Assembly (NCBI RefSeq): GCF_004010195.1
Contig: NC_057756.1
Coordinates: 2,404,007-2,468,006 of the forward strand
Source: Chiloscyllium plagiosum
Lineage: Eukaryota
Reading direction: 5' to 3'
DNA length: 64,000 nucleotides
In this document: in pieces, positions 12,446 through 26,300 of the stretch
Position numbering within the stretch: position 1 is the stretch's first letter
Layout: each line of letters begins with the position of its first letter
Position numbers and translations under genes: made by a program
Notes under the pieces: model-generated
The model's input: only the letters and a program-made list of their open reading frames with translations
What the model was told of the DNA's origin: nothing
Database searches by the model: none

Positions 12446-15219
12446 CTCACAGTGCACCACATACAGGAGTACAAAAAAGAATGAAAAAAGAAACATAATT
12501 TGAAAAGTGATTAACTTTGCTTCAGGATAACATCCAGTTGTGTCATACCCAATTAATTGGAATTGCTCAAGAAGTATGAAAATCCTCTGAAACTTTTGAA
12601 TGCCTGCAGAAAGAAACCTAGAGCGTGTATAGACGCTCTATAGAATGATATTTTACAATAGAAGTTAATACTCTTTATGAACAATATCACCTGTAATCAT
12701 CCAAAGGACGTTCATCACGCTAAACAGAGATCCAATTATCCTTCACACATGCTCCCAGATAGGGGAAAATTCAATAAACCACGAACATTTGATTTAGTTA
12801 CAAACCACGAAAATTAAAGAAATATATTTATGATATTGCACAAGGACGAACTCTCCAAAAGTGTGCAGTTCACGAACATTTTTGCACTGAAGCTCTAAAG
12901 ATAGAACCCAACATTGCAACCCTTGCAAGTTGCTGTTGTGAATCGGCATTTACCCAAAATGGAAGCTTTCCCACAGAGGCCTCAGAAAGCACGTCTACAC
13001 AAAGACTTGAAAACCAGTAGGCATAGATGTATCGAACACGCCACTACAAGTTTCGCAAGTATTGTCCACACTAGACAAAGCTAAAAAACGTCTTTCGGAA
13101 GCCCCAGAAATCTCACTCACAGCTGGTCCTTGGCAGAACTAGCAGGTCTGCAGTAGCACTTTCTCAAACAATATTCCAGCGTTTCACAGAAAATATGTCA
13201 CTTCATGCATAACGTTACATCACATCTCAACAACTGACTCGCTATCTCCACATACCACAGACGTGTGATTACATGTTTGTCAGATTATAGGCACATCCAC
13301 TTTCCATATGCCACCTTAAATTTCCACTTCACTTATCGAAAGAGCAGAAATAGAAAATAAACGAATGTCTGCCCGACAATCAAATCTGTTTGTTCATAAA
13401 TCGACCCGACACTTACAGTCACTAACATCCACTAAGCACTGCCCTGCATCCAAATCCAATCTCACTGCCTGAAATCTATACAGATCACCCAATCAGCATC
13501 CAGAAATATCACTCCCCTGAAAACTTTAACTTTCAAACTGAGAAACTAACCTATTTAAATGTAACCCCAAATAAGCGGAACTTTGTCATCTAACATATGC
13601 TTCACGTTTTCTAAATCCAACTGCCACTCAATCCTTGCAAAATATTTGTTGCATGTTGGCTGTCACAGCATTTTTTTGAAGCAAACAAAATGATATAGAA
13701 ATTTTAACGTCAGGTTCAGCACTTGTAGACTCCACTTCCAGGCATAAACATTCTTCTGGCCCTCGATGTGAATTGATCTTTGAATTTTCCTGGCTTGCCA
13801 TTTCTTTAACAAGAATGTGTGAGGAATGTGAGTCGAAACTTCCAACCTGATGCTGCTCGCCATATTCATTATGATTTACTTTTTATTGTGTCCACGATGT
13901 CCAGGTTGAAAGTAGTCTTGGTAATATTGACTTCAACATATGTTATACGACTGCGTGACAATGGTCATCTCTGCATTTTCCCTTTATTTTCTGAATATTT
14001 ATGCATTGCAGGCTGAATTTCCCATGAAATATTATGTATATGTGTCATTTGCCTCTTGTGGATAACTTTGATCGTCCAAATGCTGTGATAAAGATTTGGC
14101 AATCAATAAACTTACTGAACTGACAAGTCATACGTGAGAGAGATACATTTAGGACACATGAAGATACTCCTGCCTCACGGCATTTCTGACAATTCTATTT
14201 GCTGACCCTGCTGATGCAGTTGCTGAGACTTGCAGACAGCTCTGCCCCGACTTCGGAGATCAAATACTGTAATATAAAAAAAAAACAGATATCATGACTG
14301 GTTCGGTCTGTTGAGAAATGCATGTTGAAAGAAAAATATGCAAATAATATTTGTGTTACTCTGAGGATATCGATTGGTTTCTTCACATACATTGAATGAA
14401 TCACTAACCAGAAACAAAAAAAAAACGTTTCCTTGGATTTCTAGACGACATATTTGTTCGTCAAAATGAGCAATTACTAAAATTAGAGCGAAATACTATT
14501 CAACAATCCACTGAAAACTACATGGTTGAGAGAGGAAGAAAGACGTTATGGATACGCAGCGTTTCTGCTATTAAAGTCACTGATCGCTTGTACTGTTCAA
14601 AATATGCATGTTCTGCAAGGACTTGTAGGTTTATAATAATTAGCCACTGCGTTTGAGACGTTTGTCACGGAGGAATAAAAAACAAACTTTTGCAACAAAA
14701 AAGTAAATTTCTCTCCGATAGTACTTAAGAAGTACAAAGAATGTGAATGCTTCAGTGAAACATTTCTCCTGCAATGTTAAAGAGTAAACAATTCATTATC
14801 AACATTCTTTCACGGCTGATGATCACAAGTCCTTGCTCATTGATGTTTATCACTCAGCTCTACATTGGACCTGCTACAAAATTATTTTTTTTTCACAGGA
14901 CATGAGCAAGTTTTAAGAAAATAATGTATCTAAACGTTGATAGAGATTTTGTTTATTACAATTGTCCTCACAATATCAAAGGAAAACCGTTTTTCCATCC
15001 AGACTGTGTGCAATACTGCAAAGTGGAAGTAATCTAACATCAAATTATCTAGCTGACAATGTTGATTTATTTTGGTTAAATATCAAGACTTTTTTTGTTA
15101 GTTTCGAGGTGGATATCAGAGACAAATCTCAAATAATTTCTACGTTCCGTAAGTTAGCTTTTGCAAATGAATTCATAGTTAAGACATGTCAAATATTACT
15201 CTTTTCTTGCCTGTACCTC

Positions 15220-16200
15220 GAACAACAGAACATTGAACATTACAGCACAGAACATGCCCTTCGGCCCTCAATGTTGTGCCGACCTGTGAAACCAGTCTGA
15301 AGTCCATCTAACCTACATTATTCTATTCACGCCTATGTGCCTACCCAATGATCAGTTAAATGCCCTGAATGTTGGCAGGTCTACTACTGTTGCAGTCAGT
15401 GCCTTCCAAGCTTCTATGAATCTTTGAGTAAACAAACTACTTCTGACACCTGTTCTAAATCTATCTCTCCTCAGTTTAAAGTCATGTCCCCTCGTGCTAG
15501 TCATCGTCAGCCAATCAAAATGTCTCTCACTGAATAACCCATCAAACCCTCTGATTATCTTATATATTTCAATTAAGACACCTCTCAAGCTTCTTCTGGC
15601 TAGTGAAAACAGCTTGAAGATCCAAAACCTTTCCTCGTAAAATCTTCCCTCCATGCTACGCAACATCTGAGTAAATCTCCTTTTAACCCTTTCCAAAGCT
15701 TCGACGTCTTTCGCATAATGCACTGACCAGAACTGAATGCAATACCCCAGGTATGGCCACAGCAGAGATTTATACAGTTGCAGTATGATCTCATCATTGC
15801 GAAACCCATTCTCTCTAGCAATAAAATGCTTACACACGGTATGCTTATTCACATCCGTCACAACCTGGGTGACAATTTACAAGGATTTATGTACTTGCAC
15901 AACAATATATCTCTGCTCATCTGTACAATCCAGATTCTGAACATTAGCCCAATACTCTGCATTACTGTTACTCATTCCACAGTGAATCACCTGATATTTT
16001 TTCACGTTAAACTCTATTTGACACCTCTCATCCCAGCTCTACATTATCTACGTCCCTCTGGAACATAAAGCATCCCTCGTCAATATCTACAAATCTACTG
16101 ACGTTAGTGTCATCCAAACATTTACCAACACATCCTTGTAAGCACTTATGGACATGGTTTATAAAAATGACAAACGTATCTATTTTTACACTTTCCAGAA
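15220..16200 (-). mobile_element. CR1 LINE 3' fragment
   Basis: ORF 15352-15861 LQLYKSLLWPYLGYCIQFWS..ALERVKRRFTQML, typical CR1 ORF2 C-terminus; repeat tail near 15220. Confidence 0.9.
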
Positions 16201-16812
16201 TTGCTAAAACCTCCTCATTATGAAAATCAATCGCATGTAGCGCAATAATCTGTATCTTGGCATTCTCAAACAATGTATAATTGTTGTCGATTGATGGTGA
16301 TAACAATTCCCAGAGTTATATACTTCTGGAGAGCTCGCAGCTATCAGGATGAGTATTTAACAATAATTATACAGTAAGCAAAACATTCATATTTTAATGT
16401 CCAGGAAGAACTAATTCCACATATATAGAGAATAACGATACATGCATAGATTTAAAGAAATGGGATAAAGTAGAATTCTACTAGAAATGAAAACTCTTCC
16501 ATTAAGAACGAAAGCAGAATTTTTTGACTGATGCATATATATGAAACAAAACGTTCAGAAAAAATCCCAGCTAAAATCAAAAATTAGTGTGTGACTGTTT
16601 GGTTGCAAATGTATTTGAAGGTGGGGGAAGCGAAAGAGAGGGAGAAGAGCAGTATTACATCAAAATCAGAATTGCAAAAAGAAAAATGCATGTTTCGACT
16701 GGTCCTCTTGGAATTTCATGCATTCTGTTCTGCAAATTACGCATTGTGATATTTCATTTCCTCTCAGTGCATTTCAACGGAATTGTTGTTAATATTATTT
16801 TCTGTCATGCAG

Positions 16813-16833
16813 CTCTTGTCAAGGAAAAGTCAG
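16813..16833 (+). CDS. 21-nt heptad micro-exon, type B, (A)LVKEKS
   Basis: attttctgtcatgcAG|CTCTTGTCAAGGAAAAGTCAG|GTatgc; phase 1. Confidence 0.8.
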
Positions 16834-17267
16834 GTATGCACATTAAGAACATCAATGTATTTTAAAGTTTCATTTAGTAAGGACAGGGCAACACAAAGTT
16901 CTGCTTTTTTTAGCTGATGCTGTGATTGTAATAAAGAGAATGTAACTTTTTAAAACTTGTATTCGAACAAAAATGATTATAGCAACATTTGATTTTTTTT
17001 TCTGTGCAAAGGCAGATTTGCTCATGCACTCAGCTAGAATTTGACAGATGCATAAACCATAAAAGACAGTCTAAATAATCCGAAACAAAGATGGTTTCAG
17101 AACATTTGCAAAACAAATAACATAAATTATGCCCAGTTTCTTGTAATAAAAAAAGAAATGAATACAGAAATTAATCTCAGGAGAGGTAAAAGTGATAAAC
17201 ATGAATATGTGAAAGAGTTGTAACTGTTGGTACAAATTCAAGAATGGAGTTGAACACGTGTATCTCT

Positions 17268-17318
17268 CTGTCTGTGTGTGTGTGTGTGTTTGTGTCTGTG
17301 CGTTTTTGTGTGTGTGCA
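17268..17318. repeat. Imperfect (TG)n microsatellite
   Basis: Direct reading. Confidence 0.9.
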
Positions 17319-18987
17319 CACATTGCTCATTTATGTGTCACTGGGAGGCAACTAAAACACAGGCATGGAGAGAGAGAGAGTCAGAGTCACGATGCTTGGA
17401 GGTGGGTGTGGGAAGGAAGCATCACATTCATGCAGTTCACCTTAGTTAATTGAACAAATTGCAAATTGTACCTCCGTCTTTTCAGTATTTATGAAGACTG
17501 AAATGTTACTTAATCTCCTGTGAATTTGGATTTTTAAGTGCAGGATTGTTATTTTTTCTGTTCATGATAACTTTGGCATTTTCACAATGTTTTTGCATAT
17601 TACTTTGGTTAACAGCAGCAACAAATCTTATCAATTTCAAAGAATGTTAGTGCAATAACAAAACAAAATACAGTTTTGGAGACAGATCAGCTGCTATTCA
17701 CTGCAAACCACTACATGATGATTGTAAGTTCGCTCAATAATATTTTCTTAAGTTATTTACGACTTAAACAGTGTTCATGTCAATTTAGTGTATCAAGTCA
17801 GGTCCACATGTCTTTTGAAAGTGTGAGATGCAAAATGGAAAAAAAACCATTATGGTTGAGAAAGAGTTAGAATTAGAACAGGGGGCATGCCAGCTCGATA
17901 GAGTTGACTTGTGTGAAACAGAGAGGAAGAAGACGACAGTTTGATTCACTGGAAATTACTGCGATTGATTTTAATTTGACTTCCATCACACACATAGATC
18001 ATTCGACAAACTTAGCCTCAACCAGACTCAAAGCAAACATGCTGGCACAAATAAATACGATCAACTAGAAATCTGCAGCTGAATCCAATCCTTCATCAGG
18101 TTTCAAGAAAGCCCCCTCGAACAAACTAAAAAAAATCCTGACTCATAACTGGCCACAAAAGTCAACCATCAGACGCACCACCCAGGAATGTAACTCACAG
18201 TGCTCTGGATGTGAGACCATTCCCAAGAACACAACGTGATATGATACCTGTCAAATACATCAAATCTACTCAAACAGTCCACTCGTCAGTTTCCCTTTAT
18301 GCTTGCTGACATGTTTTGCATCTGGCACTCTAGCCCCCATGCGAACAAACTGAACTGGCTCCATGGGCCCCCACACCTGAATATATGTGTTACGTTATAT
18401 TTGCATTGCAGGACTGACCCAGTTGATTATGATTGAAAAAGGAAGAAGACATTGTGTTGGATTTCTCCATGATTCCATCGTCACATGAAAGGAATGGGAA
18501 CACAAACAAAATCAGCTGACATCAGTGGACTGGCAGTGTAGTGATCATATCTTTAATTGTTGCAAACCAAACATTGCAAATATCAAATTGTGAGCACCAA
18601 CTTGATTTTTTTGAAAAACCAGAAAAGAAAACATTAAGAACGTAATCTATAAGAACACAGAAAAATTAGAAGACAATCGCTTTGACATTTATGAAATGTT
18701 TATTATTTTATGTGTTTATTGAAATAAACTTCTCACTCACATACATCCAGAAAGGCACAAGTAAGCGGCAATTTCCAAGTAGCAAATTAGTATAAGAGCA
18801 ATTTACAATTGTGATTACCGCTTCAATGAATAATGAAACTTCTACATGAAATTATTTGTCAAAGTTTTCTGCTTAAGTCACTTATGACAGTATATCTTGC
18901 TTGACGTATGAAGCTAATGGTCAAGTAAAACAGCTTCTGCAAATGACCACAGAGACTTTTTTTATTATACAGGATTTTTTTTCTCAG

Positions 18988-19008
18988 AACATCTAATATG
19001 TCGAAAAC
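18988..19008 (+). pseudogene. Possible decayed type-A micro-exon, (E)HLICRK, no GT donor
   Basis: Strong acceptor ttttttttctcAG followed by AACATCTAATATGTCGAAAAC, partly similar to the 57552 exon, then tagata. Confidence 0.3.
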
Positions 19009-21045
19009 TAGATAACAACTGGCGAGAACAAGGAATGGGAGGAAAACGTAACAAATGCCATATTTAGCACTTCTTAACGCAAATCAAAAACCTCTCGCAA
19101 AAAATCTGATCCAGTCAGACAAAGTGCAGGCGTTGAATTTGGGTATTTATTGATTTATCAAAATTCTTATGCTTGATATATCAACACTTCTCTGATATCG
19201 ATTCACTAACATAAAAATCAATCCAGCTGCCAGATGCTGAGCATGCAACCTATCATTAACAATTTGTAATGATGCTCCTCCTTTAACAAGTTTATCTTTT
19301 TCCCAGCGCTTCTTTCAAAGAGGCCAAAAAGGCACATGTTCTGAAAGTTCTGGGTTGGCATGGTTTAGAGCCAATTTAATTACACTTAACTGATATTGCC
19401 TCAGTTAAAAAGCGTTTATGTTAAAAAGAAGAATCATTTGTACAATGAAAAGAGAATGGCCAGTTCTGTCAGCTTAGCTTTTCTTTGGTTTGATTTGATC
19501 TTTAGTACTTGATATGTTCATGGCAAGCAGTCACACAGTTGTAGAAGATTCTGGACCCAAGGAAACAAATCCATTCGTGTTCACTCTCTCTGACATCTCT
19601 CCTGTAAGATCCTAAGTGGTTTTGTTTTTGGCCATTTGAGCTAAGAAATGGTTATGGGGATTGTTACAAGTATTTGTAATAGCATAATTAAGTATGGACG
19701 ATCGACCGGATTTTCCGGTTGGTTACGTTATTCAGCATTTTGTTCTCTTTTGTTTGCATTTCATTCGATAATGTTGTAAACAAATTATTTTGTTTAAAAC
19801 TAAGTAGTTTGATCAAATCCATCCCTCTCTGAATATCCACGTACGCCTCCTTAAAACAACTAGTCAATTTACTGGCTGAGTTACTTTCTTGGAATATTTT
19901 CAGGGGGCTCGGCCTGGTCCATAGCAATTGTTCTCACAGTAATTGCCAACCTGCATGAGCATTCCACATCAGTTCGAAAATCAAAATTCAATCGTTGCTC
20001 TCAACAAACTTTAAACTAAGAAAAAGCAAAACCTCTTATTCAAAACACAAAACTTAATTATGAATTAAATATCGTGTTTGGGAATAAAGCTGAGAAAAGT
20101 AAGATGTAGTCGTTTATGTTATGAGCATCATCGAATCGAAAAAAATCAGAATACAAATAAAATCAGTAATTCCAATGGAGCATTGATCAAAATGTCAAGA
20201 ACAAACGTGCAGGCAAATTCATTGTGTGAACAGAAGTAGAATGAAACATTGCATGAGGCTTGAGGACATCGATAGATCCTGCTCATATTTCTGAATGCAT
20301 ATGGTTTATGATCCTCAGCAGGTGTGAGATATTTCCAAATATCGGCCAGTGATGTCTCTGAAATCTCTGCTGTAAACAAATGGCAAAGTATTTGGTAATC
20401 TCATTATTAATGTTATGAACGTAACACGTTAATGGCATGCTTGCATCATTAGCTGTTGGTTGCTTTCTCCAAATGTAACAAGTGCAATCACAGTTTCAGA
20501 TGTGAGCTGATGCCGTTGCTACAGCTTGTGGGCAGCATAAGCAAAACACGTTCTTCTTCCTCCAAAAAATACATTTATGAAACTTTGACGTCACACCATA
20601 GTTAAGGAAAATGCTCCATTGACGATTATTGGTACAGAGGATAAAGATTAAAATTATATGCCTGTATCTGATATGACATATTTAACATATCTTTATTTCT
20701 CTGAATTTCACTGAGCTAATTCATTTAGAGAGGGGGGTATTTCGAACAACTAAAGTACAAACACCTGACGGGTTTTAGTAACGTACAAAGAGTTCCAAGC
20801 TTGTCCCTCGCTGACATTAATACTTGAACATTGAGTTCGAGAGTTTCTTTTGAATATGAAACAGCGCTGCGGTCATACAATCTCTTCAGTTTTGCTTCGA
20901 AAGGCAGGAAATGACATTTGCACATACAACATAAATGCCACAGTTATTTTCAACCTAATCAAAGTAGAATGATGATTTTCGTATAACTTTAGAGCAATAA
21001 TTAGGAAATGACTTTTAAACATTTTTTTTCTTCCATGCAATACAG

Positions 21046-21066
21046 ATTTTAAGAAGTGTAAAGAAG
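21046..21066 (+). CDS. 21-nt heptad micro-exon, type A, (D)FKKCKE
   Basis: ttttttcttccatgcaatacAG|ATTTTAAGAAGTGTAAAGAAG|GTatag; 18/21 identical to 8840. Confidence 0.8.
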
Positions 21067-23381
21067 GTATAGTTTTTTAACACATTCTTTCTGTTGACAA
21101 ATTAAGGTGCAAAGCAACGCCAGTATAAGATATATTTTTTTCAATGTTCATTGATTGACACAACATAGTAGGTAACGCAAATGCCGACCACGTTAAGACA
21201 ACTGCAATGATAATAAATCCTAGGCGAACAATTTGATCATCAGAGAGAGTTGGGATTATGTTTATTGACAATTAATTCGATGCAGAAATATAACTGCAAC
21301 TGTCTTGCATACAGAGAGTGACATAATAAGACATATATTATTGGATTCACATTATATCCAAATATTATCATTTGAAGCTTATCTGTTTAATCGTCTTGAT
21401 AAATTTCGATGGTATGGATTAAAATAACTCTTCATCATGTATTGTAATTCTTTAAAAAATCACACTGGAAAGAATAGAGAAATTGTGACCATTTTCAGAC
21501 CGCAATTGACACCACTAACCCGATGTGAATATTCAGAAAAAATAAAGGAACAGAAGTATTTAACGGAGTGACAAGCCTGACTGAGAATTTGACGAACTAC
21601 GGTTGATTGAATCTATGAATGCTTCTTGCCCACGCAATTCTTGTAATGTTTTGCATCGCTGAAAATCAATATATTCCTCTCTACTTTAGAACAAGGCAAA
21701 TTTAATTTTCCATCACGAGAGAATTTCAACATGCACACTCCGTTGAGTAAATAGAAGTTTATCTGTGAAACAATAATTAATCACAATTATTGCATTTATA
21801 TCCTCTCATTTTATGTTTCCCAGACTTTAGAATATGGATGCTATCTATCCATTTACAAAGTTATAAGTTTAATCAGAATATTTCTCAATACTCGAGATTC
21901 CAGAAATTCAGATCCAGTTTATCCATTGTCCTATTCCAAGTTGCTCACTGCTGTCGTTAAAAGATCTGTTGAACATTAATTGCAAACCACGAGGACATAT
22001 TTTCCTTGAAATAAGGAGGCCAAAATTTCCCATGGTGCCTGCTATGAAGTGTAGTGACGTTCTGATGGCATCGGGACAACAATCCACCACTCCACTATGC
22101 AAATCCATAAATTATAATTTTGTACATTCGAGTAACCTGGCTGATATATTTCTGCAGGATCATGTTAACCTTTAGCGAATCTTCAATTAGTATGCTTAGA
22201 TCTCCCTTTACATCCTTAATGGACAATCTCTCATGATTTCAGAAATCCAGTTGGATTATGTCAGTGCATCCTTTTGTCTTTCATTTCATGGAAGATTACA
22301 TGCAAATGTTTCGACATTATGACCAATTTCCGATTCAGTTGTGCACTCATTGAGTCTGTTCAAATCTTTGGGAAACTCAAAGTCTCCATTAAACAAAAAA
22401 ATAACTTCCACTGAACGCGTATTACCAGGAAATATGGGGATATCACGTTTTTACCCAAAATCCAAAATTATCATAGCAATTTTCAACAAATGGCAACAAA
22501 TAATATTCTTTTGTGGAAACTCAATTGCGAAGGCTTCATATCCATAATGACCCATTAACCCTATTTCTCTGTTTACCATCTGTTAGTAAACAATGATCAG
22601 TCATACCTGAACACCGTTCAGATGAATTTTAGTGTGAATTTCTTTTCAAAGTAGCCAAAACTCGGACACATTAGAAATATTATCTGAAGAGCTATGTATG
22701 CCAGATTCAGCGAATCTCCATTAGCAGGTGTTCCTAATATATTCAAATGAAAAATCAAAAGCATGTGTGTCAAACATAATCTCTCAAGCGCAAATTGATG
22801 CTGATTATGTCCAAGCTATTTGTTGTCTTCCACGATAGAGTCATGTCGTATTTAACCTGGAATATTTTTCAAATAGAGATGCACGGAGGACAGATATTTG
22901 TCGCACACTCTCCTCTTGAATCGTGACATAATTTTTAAAGTGAAAGCTTTCCAACATTACATGCAACCGTTCTTTAATGTACATCCGTTGTACACAGATT
23001 GGCATAGATTTTAATGTATTTTAGTAGACATAGTCAGATACGTCTTGTCTTTGTCCTTAATAATTCACAAACAAATGTAATGAGTATATTTTCCATAATT
23101 ATTCAGCTGATTTTAAGTCATAGTGCAATCTTCGCTCATGTTATAATCATTAATTACTTAATATTGCAAAACAAAGAGTGTCAATGAAGGGTATTTTTTG
23201 ACAATTCGTAAGACCTAGTCGTGAGTAGCCCTACAAGTGACTTATGACTTATTTCCAGGAAACCTTTGAGAACTAAATCCAGACTCTCATCCTCCAACTG
23301 TCAGGGATCATGAGTTTTACCCATATAAGACATGGATTATAATTTTACCGTATGCGAGATTGTTACGAGATGGTGTAAAAT

Positions 23382-26300
23382 TGCTATGGCACGGTGCAAA
23401 CCCCTTCCTGCTAATTTAAACCTGCAACATAGAAATTATCTTACCACTGCTGTGAACTGTTAAAATTCGAGACGCAGAGATCTATCCCAATAGTCACTCA
23501 TTAATGTAAAAAACACTTATTATTAAAGTGGAACAGAGGGTAACTAAATAACCCCTATTTGCAACTCATTTACCTAGATCTATCTTTTACTTTACCCTCT
23601 ACATTACTGGGTTGATAAATCACCCCGTTTAAGTTCTATACAAAAATTGACATTTCAGAAGCAACCAGTTGTTGAATCTTCTCTTGTTATCTTGCTGTGC
23701 TATCCAGGTCGGTGTCGATCATTTATTCCTGAGCAAATGCCTTCTCCAGATGGGTACCTTTCAGGAAGTTATGACGAGCAGCCTGCGTGTTTTGGCCCTT
23801 TGGAATTTGTCCTCCAACTGTTCAATTTTGCATTGGCTTTATATCTCAAAACATCGGATTGTGTCATTGGTTTTTAATGTTGTCAACATACTAAATTCAA
23901 ACTTGATTGGAGATTCGGATTTTTGGGGGTATAATTTAAACTTATTGGACTAATTCGATTTATTTTTGTCTCCAGGCAACCAGCAACTCTTGCTGTTTGA
24001 CCAAAGAGTTATACTGTATCTTGGTCAGTACCCCTGGTGCTGTCATGCAGTTCTGCCAGCTTTTAACTTTTGTAAAAGTGCAGGACACGTCTACACCTCC
24101 ATAACAACTCTCCCGAAGAAAAATGAACCAACATAATGAAACGATGGCTTCAATTTTTGTTTTACTTAAACACATTGCTCTTACCATACAGATGACTTTA
24201 GATTAAGTTCACCTTAACGTTGTCACATTTACCTATATATATATATAAATACAAATATACAACTCTCATCTAAGCAACAATGCACCTGTGATTACATTCT
24301 TACGACCCACAACATATACGTTTTTTCTCATTAATAGTCTGTAACATAAGACTCCAATGAAATAGTCTCATATTCTTGTCTTTAAAGCTCTCTGAGGATG
24401 TAATAGGTTTGTGATCCGTGTAAAAAACGTCTCGGACACATTGTTTGTGACATACATATCAAACTGTTGTAAGGCCAGTAGAAAGCTCAATAGATCTTTT
24501 TCGATAGTGGAGTATTTTCCCTGATGAATGATGATCTGCTTCCAAGTGCAGACACCTGGCAGTTCAATTCCATTCCCTTCTTCCTGTAGCGGCACAGCTC
24601 CAACTACTAAGTCACTAGCGTCGATGGTCACTTTAAAACGTTTTGAAAAGTTTGATGTAGCTAAAACGGGATTGATGCTTATTACTGCTTTAAAACGTTG
24701 GAATACCTCCTGGCATTGTTCGGTCCATCGAACATGTATGTGCTTCCTCAGTGTTTCTTTTAAGGGTGCCACTCCACTGCTGATGTTTGGAGGAAACTAC
24801 CGCCAGAATCCGCTGAGTCCTAAGAATCGAAGCACATCTTTCTTCGAGGTGGAAGTTCCTTGATAGCATTTGTCTTTGCGTTCCATGGGTCGAACTTCCA
24901 TGAACAATGTTATGTCCCAAGAACTTCGCCTCTGCTTTTGCAAATTCAGTTTTATTTAAGAAACTTGAAAGGGTACAGAAAAGATGTACAAGGATGTTGC
25001 CAGGGTTGCAGCATCTGAGCTATAGGGAGAAGCTGAACAGGCTGGGGCTGTTTTCCTTGGAGCGTCAGATGCTGAGGGGTTACCTTATAGAGGTTTACAA
25101 AATTATGAGGGGCATGGATAGGATAAATAGACAAAGTCTTTTCCCTGGGGTCGGGTAGTCCAGAACTAAAGGACATAAGTTTAGTGTGAGAGGGGGAAGA
25201 TATAAAAGAGACGTAAGCAGCAACATTTTCACGCAGAGGGTGGTACGTGTATGGGATGAGCTGCCAGAGGATGTGGTGGAGGCTGGTACAATTGCAACAT
25301 TAAAGAGGCATTTGGATGGGTATATGGATAGAAAGGGTTTGGAGGGATATGGGCCGGGTGCTGGCAGGTGGGACTAGATTGGGTTGGCATATCTGATCGG
25401 CATGGACTGAAGGGTCTGTTTCCATGCTGTACATTTCTATGACTCTATGACTCTAAGTTTATCAACGTTTTTTCTTCTTCCCGTAGCCATTTAAAGAGTT
25501 CTGACAACGGTTACTTGTGATTTTTGCAGGAATTACTAAAGAGCACTATATCGGACTGCAGAATTTGTCAATCCAACCACAACTCTATTCATGCGTCTTT
25601 GAAATATAGTCAGTGCATTCTTCCTTCGAAAGGGCCATGCGTTACACTTTTATAGCTCATTTGAGGTTAGAAATGCAGGAATTTCTTTCACCATCTCTGA
25701 AAAGGCATCTGCCAGTTACTGCGCATTAAGTCCAACTTGGTGATGTAAATGCCTTTAACGACTTTCTCAATGCAGTCCTCCAATCTTGTACATGAATATG
25801 AGTCTAATTTTGTAACAGCGTTCACCTTCTAATAAGTCCATTGAGTCCATCCAGTTTGGGAATGAAGATAATCAGCGAACTCCACTCGTTCCGGCTTTCT
25901 TTGATGATGCCCTCGTCGAACACGGACTCGACATCCATTTGGACCTGTCTGGCTTTGAAATGATTAAGGCGATATTGGTGTGGTTTTGTCAGAGCAGTAT
26001 TCACTGCGTCTACCTGATGTACAATAGCATTATTCCCCCTATCTGACTCTTACATATGTCCTTTCACTGCAGTAACAAATCTTTAATCTCCGTTCTATGC
26101 TCCTGAGTCAAATTATTGATCTATCGCACTTCTTCATGTTTAATCATTTTTGAGGCATATCAAAATCCATAGCATCTGGATTTGATTCCTCACTTTGAAG
26201 GGAGTAACTTAAACCTGTATCTTCAGTTATTTCTCTCTAACGTAACACGGTGTCAACATGTACCCACGTTAACCCTGATAATTTGCTTGTTTATATCTGG

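Noticed and set aside
12600..13600. Possible old L1/Tx1-like LINE remnant
   Set aside because: Too degraded to cite a diagnostic motif by eye.
14160..14270. Minus-strand terminal-exon-like segment (FDLRSRGRAVCKSQQLHQQGQQIELSEMP*)
   Set aside because: Good acceptor, but no partner exons or recognisable homology; compatible with chance.
20146..21271. Minus-strand ORFs including a hydrophobic TM-like stretch (GFIIIAVVLTWSAFAL)
   Set aside because: No convincing donor sites, opposite strand to the heptad exons, hydrophobicity expected from T-rich DNA.
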